Assembly (NCBI RefSeq): GCF_006345805.1
Contig: NC_043005.1
Span: 8,990,001-9,054,000 of the forward strand
Source of the DNA: Octopus sinensis
Taxonomy: Eukaryota
Reading direction: 5' to 3'
Length of the DNA: 64,000 nucleotides
The notes under the pieces are model-generated. The model was not told the origin of the DNA. It made no database searches and worked only from the letters and a program-made list of their open reading frames with translations. The translations under genes were made by a program, and so were the position numbers. This document shows positions 39,276 through 52,140 of the stretch, in pieces (the stretch's first letter is position 1; each line of letters opens with the position of its first letter).

Positions 39276-39394
39276 TTGGCATGCTCGCTTAGCCAGCGTG
39301 GTGGCGTCATTCGAAGGCTAAACAATGCGAACGCATTGTGACCAGCGATGTGTAACAACATCTGATGGTCTGGTCGGCAAGTGATCACGTGATA
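39276..39394 (+). mobile_element. Second copy of the 120-bp repeat at 30826-30945
   Basis: Same TTGGC start and GATCACGTGATA end, adjacent to (TA)n. Confidence 0.7.
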
Positions 39395-39784
39395 GTATAT
39401 ATATATACACATATTCAACGGGCTTCTTTCACTTTCCGTTTACCAAATACATACAGATATATATATATATATATATATATATATCTATATATATATATAT
39501 ATAATATAGAATTATAGTTATATATTAGAATTAACAAACTCCTATCACTGCGTGAATATTTATATACTGAATACATAGATAAAAGTATACATACGTATAA
39601 GAATACACGCCTCAAGAAACAAATATAAACACGGACATTCATATATACATGAACACTTATATAGGTACGTACATGAATGTATTTACGCCAGCGTACGTCA
39701 CTGCGTTTCTTAAATAAAAAGATGCAGTTACATTAAAATGCATGAGGCGCTGAGATATGTAATCTATATATATAAGATATGTAA

Positions 39785-40177
39785 TCTATATATATAAAAG
39801 TGAGGTTGTGTGCTGCCTGTCTCCTACGATTTAGATTCCTAACTACTCCCACATTTTGCGGTGCAGTTTAACCAAAACCGGGTATCTTATAGTCGTGATT
39901 CATATCGAGCCCTTCTGGGTATTAGCGCGCGTCTACGATGAGTCTACGATTAAAAAAAAAATTACCATCAATTTTTCCCATTTTTAATGCATTTTTGGCA
40001 TAAGGGAAGTAACTCTCTAAAAATTTATTATTAAATCTCAGAACGCAAAAAGCTACAGTAACACCCCTCCCCTTTGTGGTTAGCCATATTGAGATGGCTA
40101 TTATACTTTACATCTCTAAAAATGCTTATACAGTTATTTCCCTTACAAACCCGAGCAACGCCGGGCGATACTGCTAG
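39785..40177 (+). mobile_element. Non-autonomous Helitron H1
   Basis: A|TCTATATATATAAAAG to CCCGAGCAACGCCGGGCGATACTGCTAG|T. Confidence 0.92.
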
Positions 40178-40897
40178 TTACAAGTAAATTTAATACAAGG
40201 ATTGGTGGACGCTGTGGTGTGCAGAAATAAGTTATATTCTCTCGCACTCTAAGATATAATATATATTTATATATATATGTATATATATTCAACAATTTTC
40301 CTTTGATTTCTGAAGTACTACTATTTAGCGGTTTGAGTTTAGCTGCTCCTTTTAGTGAGTTGAATGGCCTATTAAGGCCATTCGGTAATATTATTGTTGA
40401 ATGTATATTATATAGTCTTTTGACTATTTTTCTTTCTCACTAGACCGCTGGTGGCGAAAAAAATTCTATGAATTTTTTGCTTCCCTTATTGATAATGATA
40501 TATATATATATATATAATAGATATATATATAATATATATTATATAATTATATTATTCATTATATATATATATATACATAAGATACAAATATAGGGTAGCG
40601 ATATCGTTATATACATATCACCACCAGTGGCCTAGCATGTAGAAATAGTCAATAGACAACGTATCATATTTTAAAATAGTGTAATTTAAACACAAGAAAA
40701 TTACCGTTAACAGGTAATTTTTACATGCTAGAAGAGCAGCCAACACGCCCAAAACCACGATTTAATAGCAATTTTCGAAAGGAAATGAAAAATAAAACTT
40801 TTAGGTTGTTATTTTATTTACGGTTTCAAATCTCTTTAGCAACAATATTATCTGCCACCTTTTTACAGGTTATGTAGTTATTTATATATATATATAT

Positions 40898-40945
<48 letters not shown>

Positions 40946-41037
40946 GACGACTGAATACTTTTCATGTTAAGTAACAATGAAGCTCTGACTCTGTTGATCT
41001 ATGGTCAGAAGCTTACAGGCTATGGTGTCCCTGTAGT

Positions 41038-41244
41038 TTAACGGATCTCTTGCACCACGTTATCGTATATGGTAGGATGCGATTTTATGTACATTTCACT
41101 GTCATTTTTAGGACCGAACGACCATGTAGATAAATTGATTGTGGACTCGTCAATGAAAACTATATTTTTATCCAACGTGTCAGTTTTTTCAGTCGCGAAA
41201 TCACGGTGCAATTTGAAAGATATATATGTAGCAAGTAAAATCAC
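41038..41244 (-). pseudogene. Possible IS630-Tc1-mariner transposase fragment
   Basis: KNIVFIDESTINL resembles the first catalytic-Asp motif; no further motifs recognised. Confidence 0.35.
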
Positions 41245-41824
41245 AGCGTAAAGGCTACGACTGTGTGCAAATTGTGAGGCAAATCTGTTAGTAATTTTAC
41301 ATTTTATAGAGATGACTGTTTGTGTCTATGTTGTCTTAATGATTAATATATACTAAATCAAATCACTGCTGGTACTCGAAAACGTGGATGACTTGACTGC
41401 GGGAATGTACAGAACTTTCCGTAATTATTTAACATAACTATTTTGTCACCAGTAAACACAAATAAACCTTCGGCACTCCAATTCCTTGACCTAGTCTACT
41501 GGATCGCGAATGGGCTGCACTTGCACTGGATTGGAACTCATTTGTCAATTAGGCGAAAAAAGAAATGGAGCGTTTGCCCAAGAACACAACGCACCACACA
41601 ATCCAGGAATCGAACCTATAACCCTACTATAATGTGTGGAACATCCTAATTATAAGATCATGAAATTTAAAATCAGTTATAAAAAAAATCGATATGTTTG
41701 GTTTAAAGTTCTTACTCTATAATGCAAAATTTACAATTCACTGGAATGTTCCATTTTATACGTAGCTATCTTTATTTCGTAAAGTAGAAAGAGAAGTTCC
41801 CTAGTAAAGTACTTTTATATTGTA

Positions 41825-42223
41825 CTAGCAGTATCACCCGGCGCTGCTCGGGTTTCTAAGGGAAATAACTATATAAGCATTTTTAGAGATGTAAAGTATA
41901 ATAGCAATCTCAATATGGTTAACCACAAGGGGGGGGTGTTACTGTGGCTTTTTACGTTCTGAGATTTAATAATAAATTTTTAGAGAGTTACTTCCCTTAT
42001 ATATGCCAAAAATGCATTAAAAATGGGAAAAATTGATGATGGTAATTATTTTTTAAAATCGTAGACTCATCGTAGACGCGCGCTAATACCCAGAAGGACT
42101 CGATATGAATCACGACTATAAGATACCCGGTTTTGGTTAAACTGCACCGCAAAATGTGGGAGTAGTTAGGAATCTAAATCGTAGGAGACAGACAGCACAC
42201 AACCTCTCTTTTATATATAAAGA
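41825..42223 (-). mobile_element. Non-autonomous Helitron H1
   Basis: Same ends and body as 39785-40177, inverted. Confidence 0.92.
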
Positions 42224-44735
42224 TATTTTAATCAAGGTGTGTGTTTGGTAGGGAAGTGTGTTAAGCTTAGATTCGAGGAAATTGGAAATCATAATCTGTA
42301 AAATTATGAAAATTCTTACATATTTCATTGAAAGTTCTATTAAAAATATTATATATGTAACGCTGAAAATAATACATCTCTTATGTCATAATACAATTGG
42401 TCTTCCTCAATAAATCTCACAATTCTCCACATACTTTATAGATTATAGAAATTTGATGGAATATAATATATCTGGCCATTCCCCATACGTCTGATACTCT
42501 ATGGTTCATTATATATTAGATACAACGTTATATATGTAACATAGATCATAAACAAAATCGATGATACATGATGAGAATTCTAACGCTGTCTTTCACGATA
42601 ACAGAAGCATATTTCTATCTTTCGTTTTTTACTCCAAAGTGTGCAATTGGTGTGTCAATTTAATTTAAAGCTCTCGTAGCTGACTACCGTCTATCGATCT
42701 GATATCTTCATATAAAGTCACTTAATTACACCTGAAAGGTTTTCATGATGGCAAACAAGATATACAAGGGAATAAGAACTTTTTCGATATTATATACAAT
42801 ATATTGAGATTTATGAAATTCGCTAAGCTATGAAATTCCAACGTCACTTTCGCGATTATACCGCTTAAACAGTCAACATGAAGGTAATATTTAATATATA
42901 CTATAATATGATATAATATAATATATTTATATTCAAATATACACACATACATACATACACACACATATATACATATATATATGCATTGAAATATATTATA
43001 TACGTAACTGAAGTTACATTAAATATGGAGATCATGTGGCAACGTATAATGCATTGCATTAACATTCACTTATCTATCTATCTATCTATCTGTCTATCTG
43101 TCTATCTGTCTCAGGATATATATATATATATATATACCTTACTGGCCACTTGATAATTTCGACACTTAAATATCGATATTATCCTCATATATAATATATA
43201 TCTATAATTAATATATATATATATATATTATATATATATATCTATATATGGGCGGTGAGTCTGTGTATGTGTGTCTGTATAAGCATCTTAAAAGTAAATC
43301 GATATCATCATTTGCGAAAGATTTATTTCTCCTTTCGTTGGAAATTTGCTGGTAAAGCAAGATGTATACCTTTACAGTTCTGGCATAGTAGTCGCATTGA
43401 TGGAGATCCCTCGCAGAGTTACTCCGATTCATTTGGTGCTGTTCTGCAACACCAGCTGTCTTACAACTGATATCATTTTCAACAATCAACTTGACAGCCC
43501 GAAGACACCTACCAGAGAACGCAGCTCGAGATGAGAGGGTTGCTGTTTTCCTACGGCGGTTGTCGGTTTATTCTACCCTAAGCTTTCTCTTAAGTTATAA
43601 TATTTATTTAGGCTTTCCTCTGAGTAAGGGAAAATATAATGATTCAACGTCACTTATACTCAAGTGTTATCATCATATCTAAAACCCTAACTGCAGTTAT
43701 AACGTCATATAGACATATACGCATGGAACGCTACATCAACGACCATGTAAGTTGAATATTTTAATCGTGTCCTTTAAACCGCTATAAGAAAAAAATCAAA
43801 CATTTCAGAAATGCATATTTATCTATGCTCAGTTGAAAAACAAACGTGAAGAGAAACATATTCTTTTAAATTATTTTTATCTAAAAATATAACATTTTAT
43901 GTTATTTACAGTTAGAAAGATAATTTCGTCGTGAAGGAAAACGACTGTAATTTCCTTAGCTAATTTCTTCTTTCTATCTAATACATTAACCAACAAATCA
44001 AAATAGATTTGTGACTAACGTAGACATGGCATAAAAATTTACCGATGTCTCCAAAAGAGTGAGTGACGTGGAGTTGAGTGACTACCAAACGAACACTGAT
44101 TTATTTTCCAAAATCCAGGGTTTTTATAACTGCTCAACTTGACTAAAAAGAATCGAAATTCATGACGGATATTCTTTACGAAACTTCTAGAATCTTTATA
44201 TGAACAGTTATATTAACCAATGGAAAAAACGAAAATGATAATTCTTCGGCAAAGACATTACGTCATATTGAAAATCGCGCCACAATTCAAAATGGCTAAA
44301 ATGGTTATTGCTACACTGTTGTTACCTTATCGCTGCTATTGCATTATGCAATTATTCTTTTGACTGTGTCAAGAGGAATCCTAAAATTTTTGCAATCTTG
44401 CAATGGTTAATTTTGATCTCAGATTGACTCATAATACGCACTCCTTGAAAGTTAGACAACACTTTTGTTTCTATATGTTTGCCATGGTTAGCTGCTATAA
44501 ACCAGAATTTGAAAAATATATATTAACATATTTGAAGCAGCAGTTAGTGTCTGCACTGATAAAACGATATATTGAGGGGTGTTGGTTTAATTTTGAGATG
44601 TCTGTGTATATGTATTCACATGTACATGCATACACAACCAACCAAGCACACGCTCAAACCCATACAAACACACAAGCACACACACACACACACACAACAC
44701 ACACACACGTACACACACACACATACAAACACACA

Positions 44736-44778
<43 letters not shown>

Positions 44779-45078
44779 CGTTATATAGAATTCCTTTTCC
44801 GAACACTTGAATCATTTAAATTCTAAATTTTTTTTGTAACAGTCAAGGCGTCTGAACATTTGTGTTGAATAATATTAGTGTTGCTCTCTAAGTATTGAAT
44901 AATTTGTTTACTATTGAACGGATATTTAACTCACCCTCCCAATATATGAATACATGTATGCATATATGTATGAATGCATGTATTTAGTACGTATTTATTT
45001 ATATGTATATATATGTGAATGTACCTATGTGTGTGAGGATATATATATATAGAGAGAGAGAGACATTTTCTATTCATG

Positions 45079-45154
45079 AACGTTATACTAATACCTCTGT
45101 TTGTTTTGTACACCACCTGTCTTCGCCTTTTGTTGTTTTTTCATAAACTCTCCC
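45079..45154 (+). mobile_element. 3' tail fragment of the repeat at 53027-53210, ribozyme part absent
   Basis: TATACTAATAC..GTACACCACCTGTCTTCG..AAACTCTCCC is the reverse complement of 53030-53110. Confidence 0.6.
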
Positions 45155-45168
45155 TCTCTCTATATATA

Positions 45169-45530
45169 CATATGGTTCCGGTTTCAGTCCCACTGCGTGA
45201 CATCTTGGGCAAGTGTCTTCTGCTATAGCCCCGGGCCGACCAATGCCTTGTGAGTGGATTTGGTAGACGGAAACTGAAAGAAGCCTGTCGTATATATGTA
45301 TATATATATATGTATGTTTGTTTGTGTGTCTGTGTTTGTAACCCTAGCATTGCTTGACCACTGATGCTGGTGTGTTTATGTCCCCGTTACTTAGCGGTTC
45401 GGCAAAAGAGACCGATAGAAAAAGTACTGGGCTTACAAAAAGAATAAGTCCCGGGGTCGAGTTGCTCGATCAAAGGTGATCCTCCAGCATGGCCGCAGTC
45501 AAATGACTGAAACATGTAAAAGAGTAAAAG
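45169..45530 (+). mobile_element. SINE family A, 5' ~30 nt missing
   Basis: CATATGGTTCCGGTTTCAGTCCCAC through to GTAAAAGAGTAAAAG. Confidence 0.9.
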
Positions 45531-45558
45531 ATGTATATATATATATGTATATTTATAT

Positions 45559-45617
<59 letters not shown>

Positions 45618-45769
45618 GTTCAAAAAGCAATAAAGATTCAAGTTAATTTAAATGAATTTACTTGAATATGGTACCTAACTTAGATGCACCAAAAAAAACT
45701 ATACTGTTTTAACAATACAGTAATGTGGGGTGATTATAAGCGAGAAAGAAGCAACAAGAATGGATAGGT

Positions 45770-45860
45770 TTTTAGTACAATCGTTTCATACAAGGACAGG
45801 CTTTATTAAAAGTTGCAAAAATTACAGCATATAAACGTGTCCCGTACTCATCAGCTAAAA
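45770..45860 (-). ncRNA. Type I hammerhead ribozyme (mirror copy)
   Basis: Reverse complement of 46403-46493. Confidence 0.75.
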
Positions 45861-46402
45861 TACATGTGAGTACTCTAGACATCCTAGTGGTTGACATCCT
45901 AGTGGTTGAGGCTATACTCATGAAGTAATGTAGATAATTAAGTAACATAAACAGATTTCCAAAGTTCATTAAAGTTCTTTAAAGATGATGTACAGTCTTA
46001 TCACAGAATTTTAAAAAAGTTTTAATAGCATCACAGAGAAGGTGACCTAATCCATAGTGCACATATGAATTTCCAGAGATATGAGGAGGGATTACATACT
46101 CACAGACGACAAATTTATCCATTGTTAATCACAAATTTATCCATTGTGATTAACAATGGATAAATTTGTCGTCTGTGAGTATGTAATCCCTCCTCATATC
46201 TCTGGAAATTCATATGTGCACTATGGATTAGGTCACCTTCTCTGTGATGCTATTAAAACTTTTTTAAAATTCTGTGATAAGACTGTACATCATCTTTAAA
46301 GAACTTTAATGAACTTTGGAAATCTGTTTATGTTACTTAATTATCTACATTACTTCATGAGTATAGCCTCAACCACTAGGATGTCTAGAGAACTCACATG
46401 TA

Positions 46403-46493
46403 TTTTAGCTGATGAGTACGGGACACGTTTATATGCTGTAATTTTTGCAACTTTTAATAAAGCCTGTCCTTGTATGAAACGATTGTACTAAAA
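46403..46493 (+). ncRNA. Type I hammerhead ribozyme, minimal stem III, long stem II
   Basis: TTTTAG-CTGATGA-GTACGGGACA..TGTCCTTGTAT-GAAA-C(GATT)G-TA-CTAAAA; predicted cleavage after A46487. Confidence 0.78.
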
Positions 46494-47597
46494 ACCTATC
46501 CATTCTTGTTGCTTCTTTCTCGCGTATATATATATATGTATATATATATTATATATGATGGTATGTACACTCAATAAACACAATAGAAAACCTTTAGATT
46601 TTGTTATATTCGCCATTTTCTTCTATATTTCATCCCTGACTAGCGATACTTTTGTGAGTGTATTTCAATAATCCGGTAGGATTATTGTCATTACCAGCAT
46701 CTCTAATGGATACTACCTGATGCGCTTTACGGTGCAGTTCAGCTGATTGGTAATCAGTCATCTTCCCTTCCAGCCTTCATCGATGGAGCCTAATGGATTT
46801 CAGATTTCCCATTTGCATTGCAGCATAAATGCCATCATGATCGATTGTGAACTGGAAAGAATAGTTTATGAGAAAACACAGCAAATTTATAACTTTTACG
46901 TAAACTTGATAAACACATCTAATGGCCGTGCCTTCATCTTGGGTTATCAAGTTTTGAGTTTCACTATATTGACATAAGATTGATATTCTCGTTCATTTTC
47001 TGAAATATGTCAATTATATGGAGATGATCGTGGAGTTCAATGACCAAGGTATACTATTTTATTAGCTTCAGGTATTAACCTAGTCGTATAATTGTCAATA
47101 AAATTTGTAAAGTAGATAAGTCGGTGTGCCATAAGAGGAAATATAATCCTGACCTTTCGCACAGGACCCATATAAGAAAAAAATAATAAAATACTCAGTA
47201 TTGTAATCGTTGTATATTGGTTCCGATCATTGTAAAGATGAATCTGGTCGTTTGTGTTGAAAGGAATATTTTGCGTTATTTAGCGCAAATTTTCCGGCTT
47301 CACATTTGCCTTTCATACTTTCATTCTAACAGAGTTTCTCTTATTATTTGGCACCAGTTTACAAGTGATCATGCGAGAGTACAAGCAAAGATATTCCTGG
47401 CATGGTTATCCTGTCACTTTTTAATGCTAGGATCTTCACTGTCCATGTTTTTCTTTCTAATATATTATGCAAGTCAGGTACGGGTAAAATATCCACTGTT
47501 TCTAGTAACGGATACAAGCATGTACATTCTTCCTTTCTCGTTGTTAAATCAAGGTCAATGGCAGAATGATAAATGATTATAATATATATATCATAAA

Positions 47598-47984
47598 CTA
47601 GCAGTATTGTCCGGCGTTGCTCGGGTTTGTTTCGACCCTTTAGAATTGGAATTTTTGAAAAGTAAAAGGTTTGCCTTATGTAGCTTGTTATTCTCTTTAA
47701 GTGAACGTTTTACTGGTTGAAATACACCGAAAAATGGCGAAACAGCAATAAAAAAATCGTAAAAAGATAGGGATTTTCATAGAAAAAAGCACCTTTTTGA
47801 TGTAAATAATTTTTGGTCTTATGGTTCCATTTGAATTTTATTTTCTACAGAAGGAAGAACCAGCCTTCTTCTATCATACTCTCAATTTTGGTCAACCTGC
47901 GCCGCAGGGTCCCGGAGGAGATAGTGTTAGTTGAAGGCTACCAAACCTGCCACACACAGAAAACTTCAGCTTTAAATAGAGAGA
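47598..47984 (-). mobile_element. Non-autonomous Helitron H2
   Basis: Homologous to 3029-3406; TC start, hairpin + CTAG end. Confidence 0.88.
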
Positions 47985-48759
47985 TTATTATAATACATAT
48001 ATTATAAATCATAAATAGATGACTAATAAACTTTTTGCAGTTGTGCACTCATTATGTTAGCTAGTCACATCTGTTGCATATATCCCAGCAGGGCTAAACC
48101 GTAAAATACAGGTTCGGATAACTAACAATATTTGCTTTGCACACTCTTGATTTTGTTTCCCCCGGTAATCAGACATCACCTCATGTAGGATAATGAATGT
48201 TGCATGAATGAGATGCTCAAAATTTATATGTGAGGCGCAAAACCATAACGCAGGTACAGTACTTAGACGGCACTCTATTATATAGGTCCCTGTGGGGCGG
48301 GAGGCGTAGTTAACCGCTACGGGATTTGAGTTCATAATGCAAAGACCAGAAATAACACCATGCGAACTTGTCTCTGGCGCACAAACGAGTTTTCCAAATC
48401 CATTAATATCTTTATTTATTAAAAAAATGTATCGAATTTGCGTTCAATGCCTGCAAGATTTTAGAGGAGGGGTTAGTCGCTTACATTGACCACAGTAATT
48501 GATAGCTACTTATTTTTATCTAAATCTGGAGGAATAAAAGGCATTGTTGGCATTAGCAAGATTTGGGCTCAGAACGTAAAGCAGCGAAGCGCTGATTCAC
48601 TTGGGTGAATAATCCAATAGAGAAAGGAATTTACGTTAAAATTCGAATTTGTAAACCCCACCCCTTGAAATAAAAAAAAACAACAAAACAAATAACAAAT
48701 AATAAAGAAATAATAATAAAACTCTAAATTATGCAGTTGAAACCAGAAATTAACTTAAA

Positions 48760-49600
48760 CATGAAAATTTTTATCAAAATTTAAATTTCATATTACCGGA
48801 AATATGCTATTGATGTTGAATTAGTAATCAATACAGTTTCAAACTCCATTTCAACCAATGATATTGATGTGATTGAGAATGAGAGTTACTATGATATGGA
48901 CTTTACCATAGAATATTATTGTTGTAATGTCATTTGTAAAGAGATCAACTCATCTGATATATATATTTTAAATTTCTGAGTATTTGGGTGGTTGAGGAGC
49001 AATGTCTATTTTATTGTAGATGTTTATGGTATTTATTGTAGTTGTCAGTAGTATCTCTGTTATTACTGAAACCGAGGACCTTGTTACAAGTAAACCCTTA
49101 ACCACAATCTTCCTAGTCGTGATCATCAAGTCTTTATTTGTGAGACTGTATCTAGGAAGAGATTATCCAATGTGAACCTGATTTCTTAAGACTGCGTAAT
49201 TTAGGTGTGCTAGTTGTATGCATCCTTACTGGCAGATGGTTTTCTCGCTCTTATTTTTGATTAAACATTAAATTAATACATCTATTCTTACTATGATCAT
49301 TCTTGATCTTAGATGACATTATGTAATGCATTTGGCTTTCAAATATGTTAGGGTGTAATTTGAGGAAAAATTGGCTGCTGTTTCTAGTGGCCAATCTCTG
49401 ATTGGTTGTGGCACCACTTTGGTTGAAGACTTTAAAGCTATTGGAGCATTCGAGGAGCTTATTAATGTTCTTGTTGAAGCTGTTATTGTTGCGTTCGTGC
49501 TGTTAGTTCCTCATTGAAAAATGATTAAGTTTTTGTTCTTGATTAAGTTGTTGGCAGCGATGAAAATGAAGATGATTAAGATGGTGATATGTTTAATGAT
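48760..49600 (-). pseudogene. Highly decayed Penelope-like reverse transcriptase
   Basis: Ordered minus-strand remnants LIKNKNLII..GT (cf. NLIITKADKG), TSTPKLRSLK (cf. PKLYGLPKIHK), EMEFE..IAYFR*Y (cf. YFRYVDD). Confidence 0.45.
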
Positions 49601-49797
49601 ATTGATGATACCGTTGCAGGTTTTCATATTATTGCTGTTCTTGTCGGTATTGCTTTTATGTTGGAGATCATGTATGTTAAATGAGTAAGGCGTGGAGGAT
49701 GTTCGTGGAATTGCAGTTGGCTTTCACGGGAGTTGCAGTTGCAGTGGGTAGGCAGGGAACAGAGTGTGATGACGACGATGAAAGAGAAAGTGTATGT

Positions 49798-49833
<36 letters not shown>

Positions 49834-50235
49834 GAAAAGAGATAGAAAAGAGAGAGAGAAAGAGAATAGAGATAGAAAAGAGAAAAAGGGACAGGGATGG
49901 AGAAAAACGAACATTTTACATTCTTCATGTCATAGCAGGTGATAAATATGAATCATGTGATTAATAAATCTGTCAAACAGAATATCTAATCAAACACTTC
50001 AGGTAATTATTGTAAAAATCGAAGCTGCAAAGAGCTGCGCAGACGCTATGCAAAGGTAGAACCACAATTAAATGAATACACGTATATATTAACACATGGA
50101 TAGTTACATACCTATATACATATTCAAATAAGTTCGATTTCATATATATATATATATATTAGCATACATATAAATATGCAAATATATGAATGCATATAAT
50201 TACACATATCTATTGTAATATATATATATATATAT

Positions 50236-50267
<32 letters not shown>

Positions 50268-51291
50268 ATACACACACGCATAAGCACACATGCATATATA
50301 TTTAAGTATATGTTTTTGCATATGTATATTTATGTCTACAGACACACACACATACGCGCGCATACGTACATATATATGTATATGTATACCTATATGTTTA
50401 TGTATATAATATAAATATATTTACATATATATATATATGTATGCATTGGTATATATATATTACAATTATGATTTTATATGCGTGTATGTGCATATATGTA
50501 CACACACACACACACACAAACACATATATATATATATGTATGCGTGTGTGTGTGTATGTATAAATTCTTACACACACAAACAAACGCATGCATATAGCTA
50601 CATATACATACGCATGCCTATACAGAAAGATATTTACTGACAGAGCCACAAACATGCATATTGATATGTGTGTGTGTGTATGCTTAATTGTGTACAAATG
50701 ATATATCTTTATAGATGCATTTATATATATACATACATGTATACAGATACATATCTAAATACATACATATATATGTACACATATAAGTGCTTGCACACAC
50801 AAACTCAGATATATACATACATATATGTATAGGTTTTTTAATTGCTGTCTTCTACAATTACTCATATATTTTAATTGCCTCATCATCCAAGCATGTTTCT
50901 TATCTTTACTGGTGTTGTTTTATAGTTTGATGCGGTAAATAATCTGTCAGTTCCGATTCATATTTTACAAGGCACCCTCTGTAGATTTATTTAAAAGATT
51001 TTATTCCTTCAAATTATGACAGTTAAGAGCTAGCACCAAGAGATTAAAACATAGTCATCGTGTGTCAGGAAGCCATTCTTTATGCAGCTGTTCGACCTCC
51101 TCATTGCAGGAAGGAAAATGCCAGAAATCCACGATGGCGTTGTGTAAATTGAAGAAAGCGCGAATAAATGGGTCTTGAAATATGTTCTGCATGGACGACG
51201 GGAAATAAAAAGGACGGATTGATTTAATCATAATTGGAAGACTAGATCAAGACAAATACGACCAGCCAGTACGACCACACACTATCACCAG

Positions 51292-52140
51292 CGTCACCAC
51301 CACCACCACCACCACCACCACCAAACCACCACCATCACCTCCACAAGTACGACCACAACGACTACCACCGCAGTTGCCGCCGCTGCCGACACCACCAAAC
51401 CCACCACTGCACTCCCCCACCATCACCACCACCACCAAAACTACCACCATCACCTCCACAAGTACGACCACAACGACTACCACCGCAGTTGCCGCCGCTG
51501 CCGACACCACCAAACCCACCACTGCACTCCCCCACCATCACCACCACCACCAAAACTACCACCATCACCTCCACAAGTACGACCACAACGACTACCACCG
51601 CAGTTGCCGCCGCTGCCGACGCCACCAAACCCACCACTGCACCCCCACCATCACCACCACCACCACCACCAACACCACCACCACCACCAAAACCACCACC
51701 TTCACCTCCACAAGTACTACCACAACGACTACCACCGCAGTCACGACCGCCGCTGCCACCGCTGCCGACACCACCAAACCCACCACTATCACTACTACTA
51801 CCACCACCACCACCAAACCCACCACTACCACGACCACCACCACGACCACCACAACGACCACCACCAAACCCACCACCACGACCACCACCACTACCACGAC
51901 CACCACCTCGACCACCATCAAACCCACCACGACCACCACCACCACCACCACCACCACTACCACCACCACCACCACCAACACCACCACCACCAAAACCACC
52001 ACCCTCACCTCCACAACTACGACCACAACGACTACCACCATCACTACCACCCTAGTCACCGCTGCCCCCGCCGCCGCCACCGCTGCCGACACCACCAAAC
52101 CCACCAAACCACCAATACCACCACCACCACCACCACTACC
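51292..52140. repeat. (CAC)-rich tract with a 115-bp higher-order unit
   Basis: Identical ORF starts at 51374, 51489 and 51604 give a period of 115 bp, not a multiple of 3. Confidence 0.92.

Larger units (their letters stand above)
45617..46523. mobile_element. Penelope-like terminal segment with inverted duplication (palindrome 45740-46523)
   Basis: Arms 45740-46134 and 46144-46523; I found one substitution and one 15-bp tandem duplication between them; each arm has a hammerhead. Confidence 0.8.

Noticed and set aside
40440-40731. Two short overlapping inverted-repeat pairs (18 bp and 15 bp), one CTCF-like
   Set aside because: Short, mismatched, no TSD; plausible by chance or from old repeats; the CTCF match lacks a core base
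43370-43580. Minus-strand frame RAVKLIVENDISCKTAGVAEQHQMNRS as a pogo/Psq helix-turn-helix remnant or an exon
   Set aside because: Resemblance is superficial, with no downstream DDE motifs or TIRs; needs a profile search
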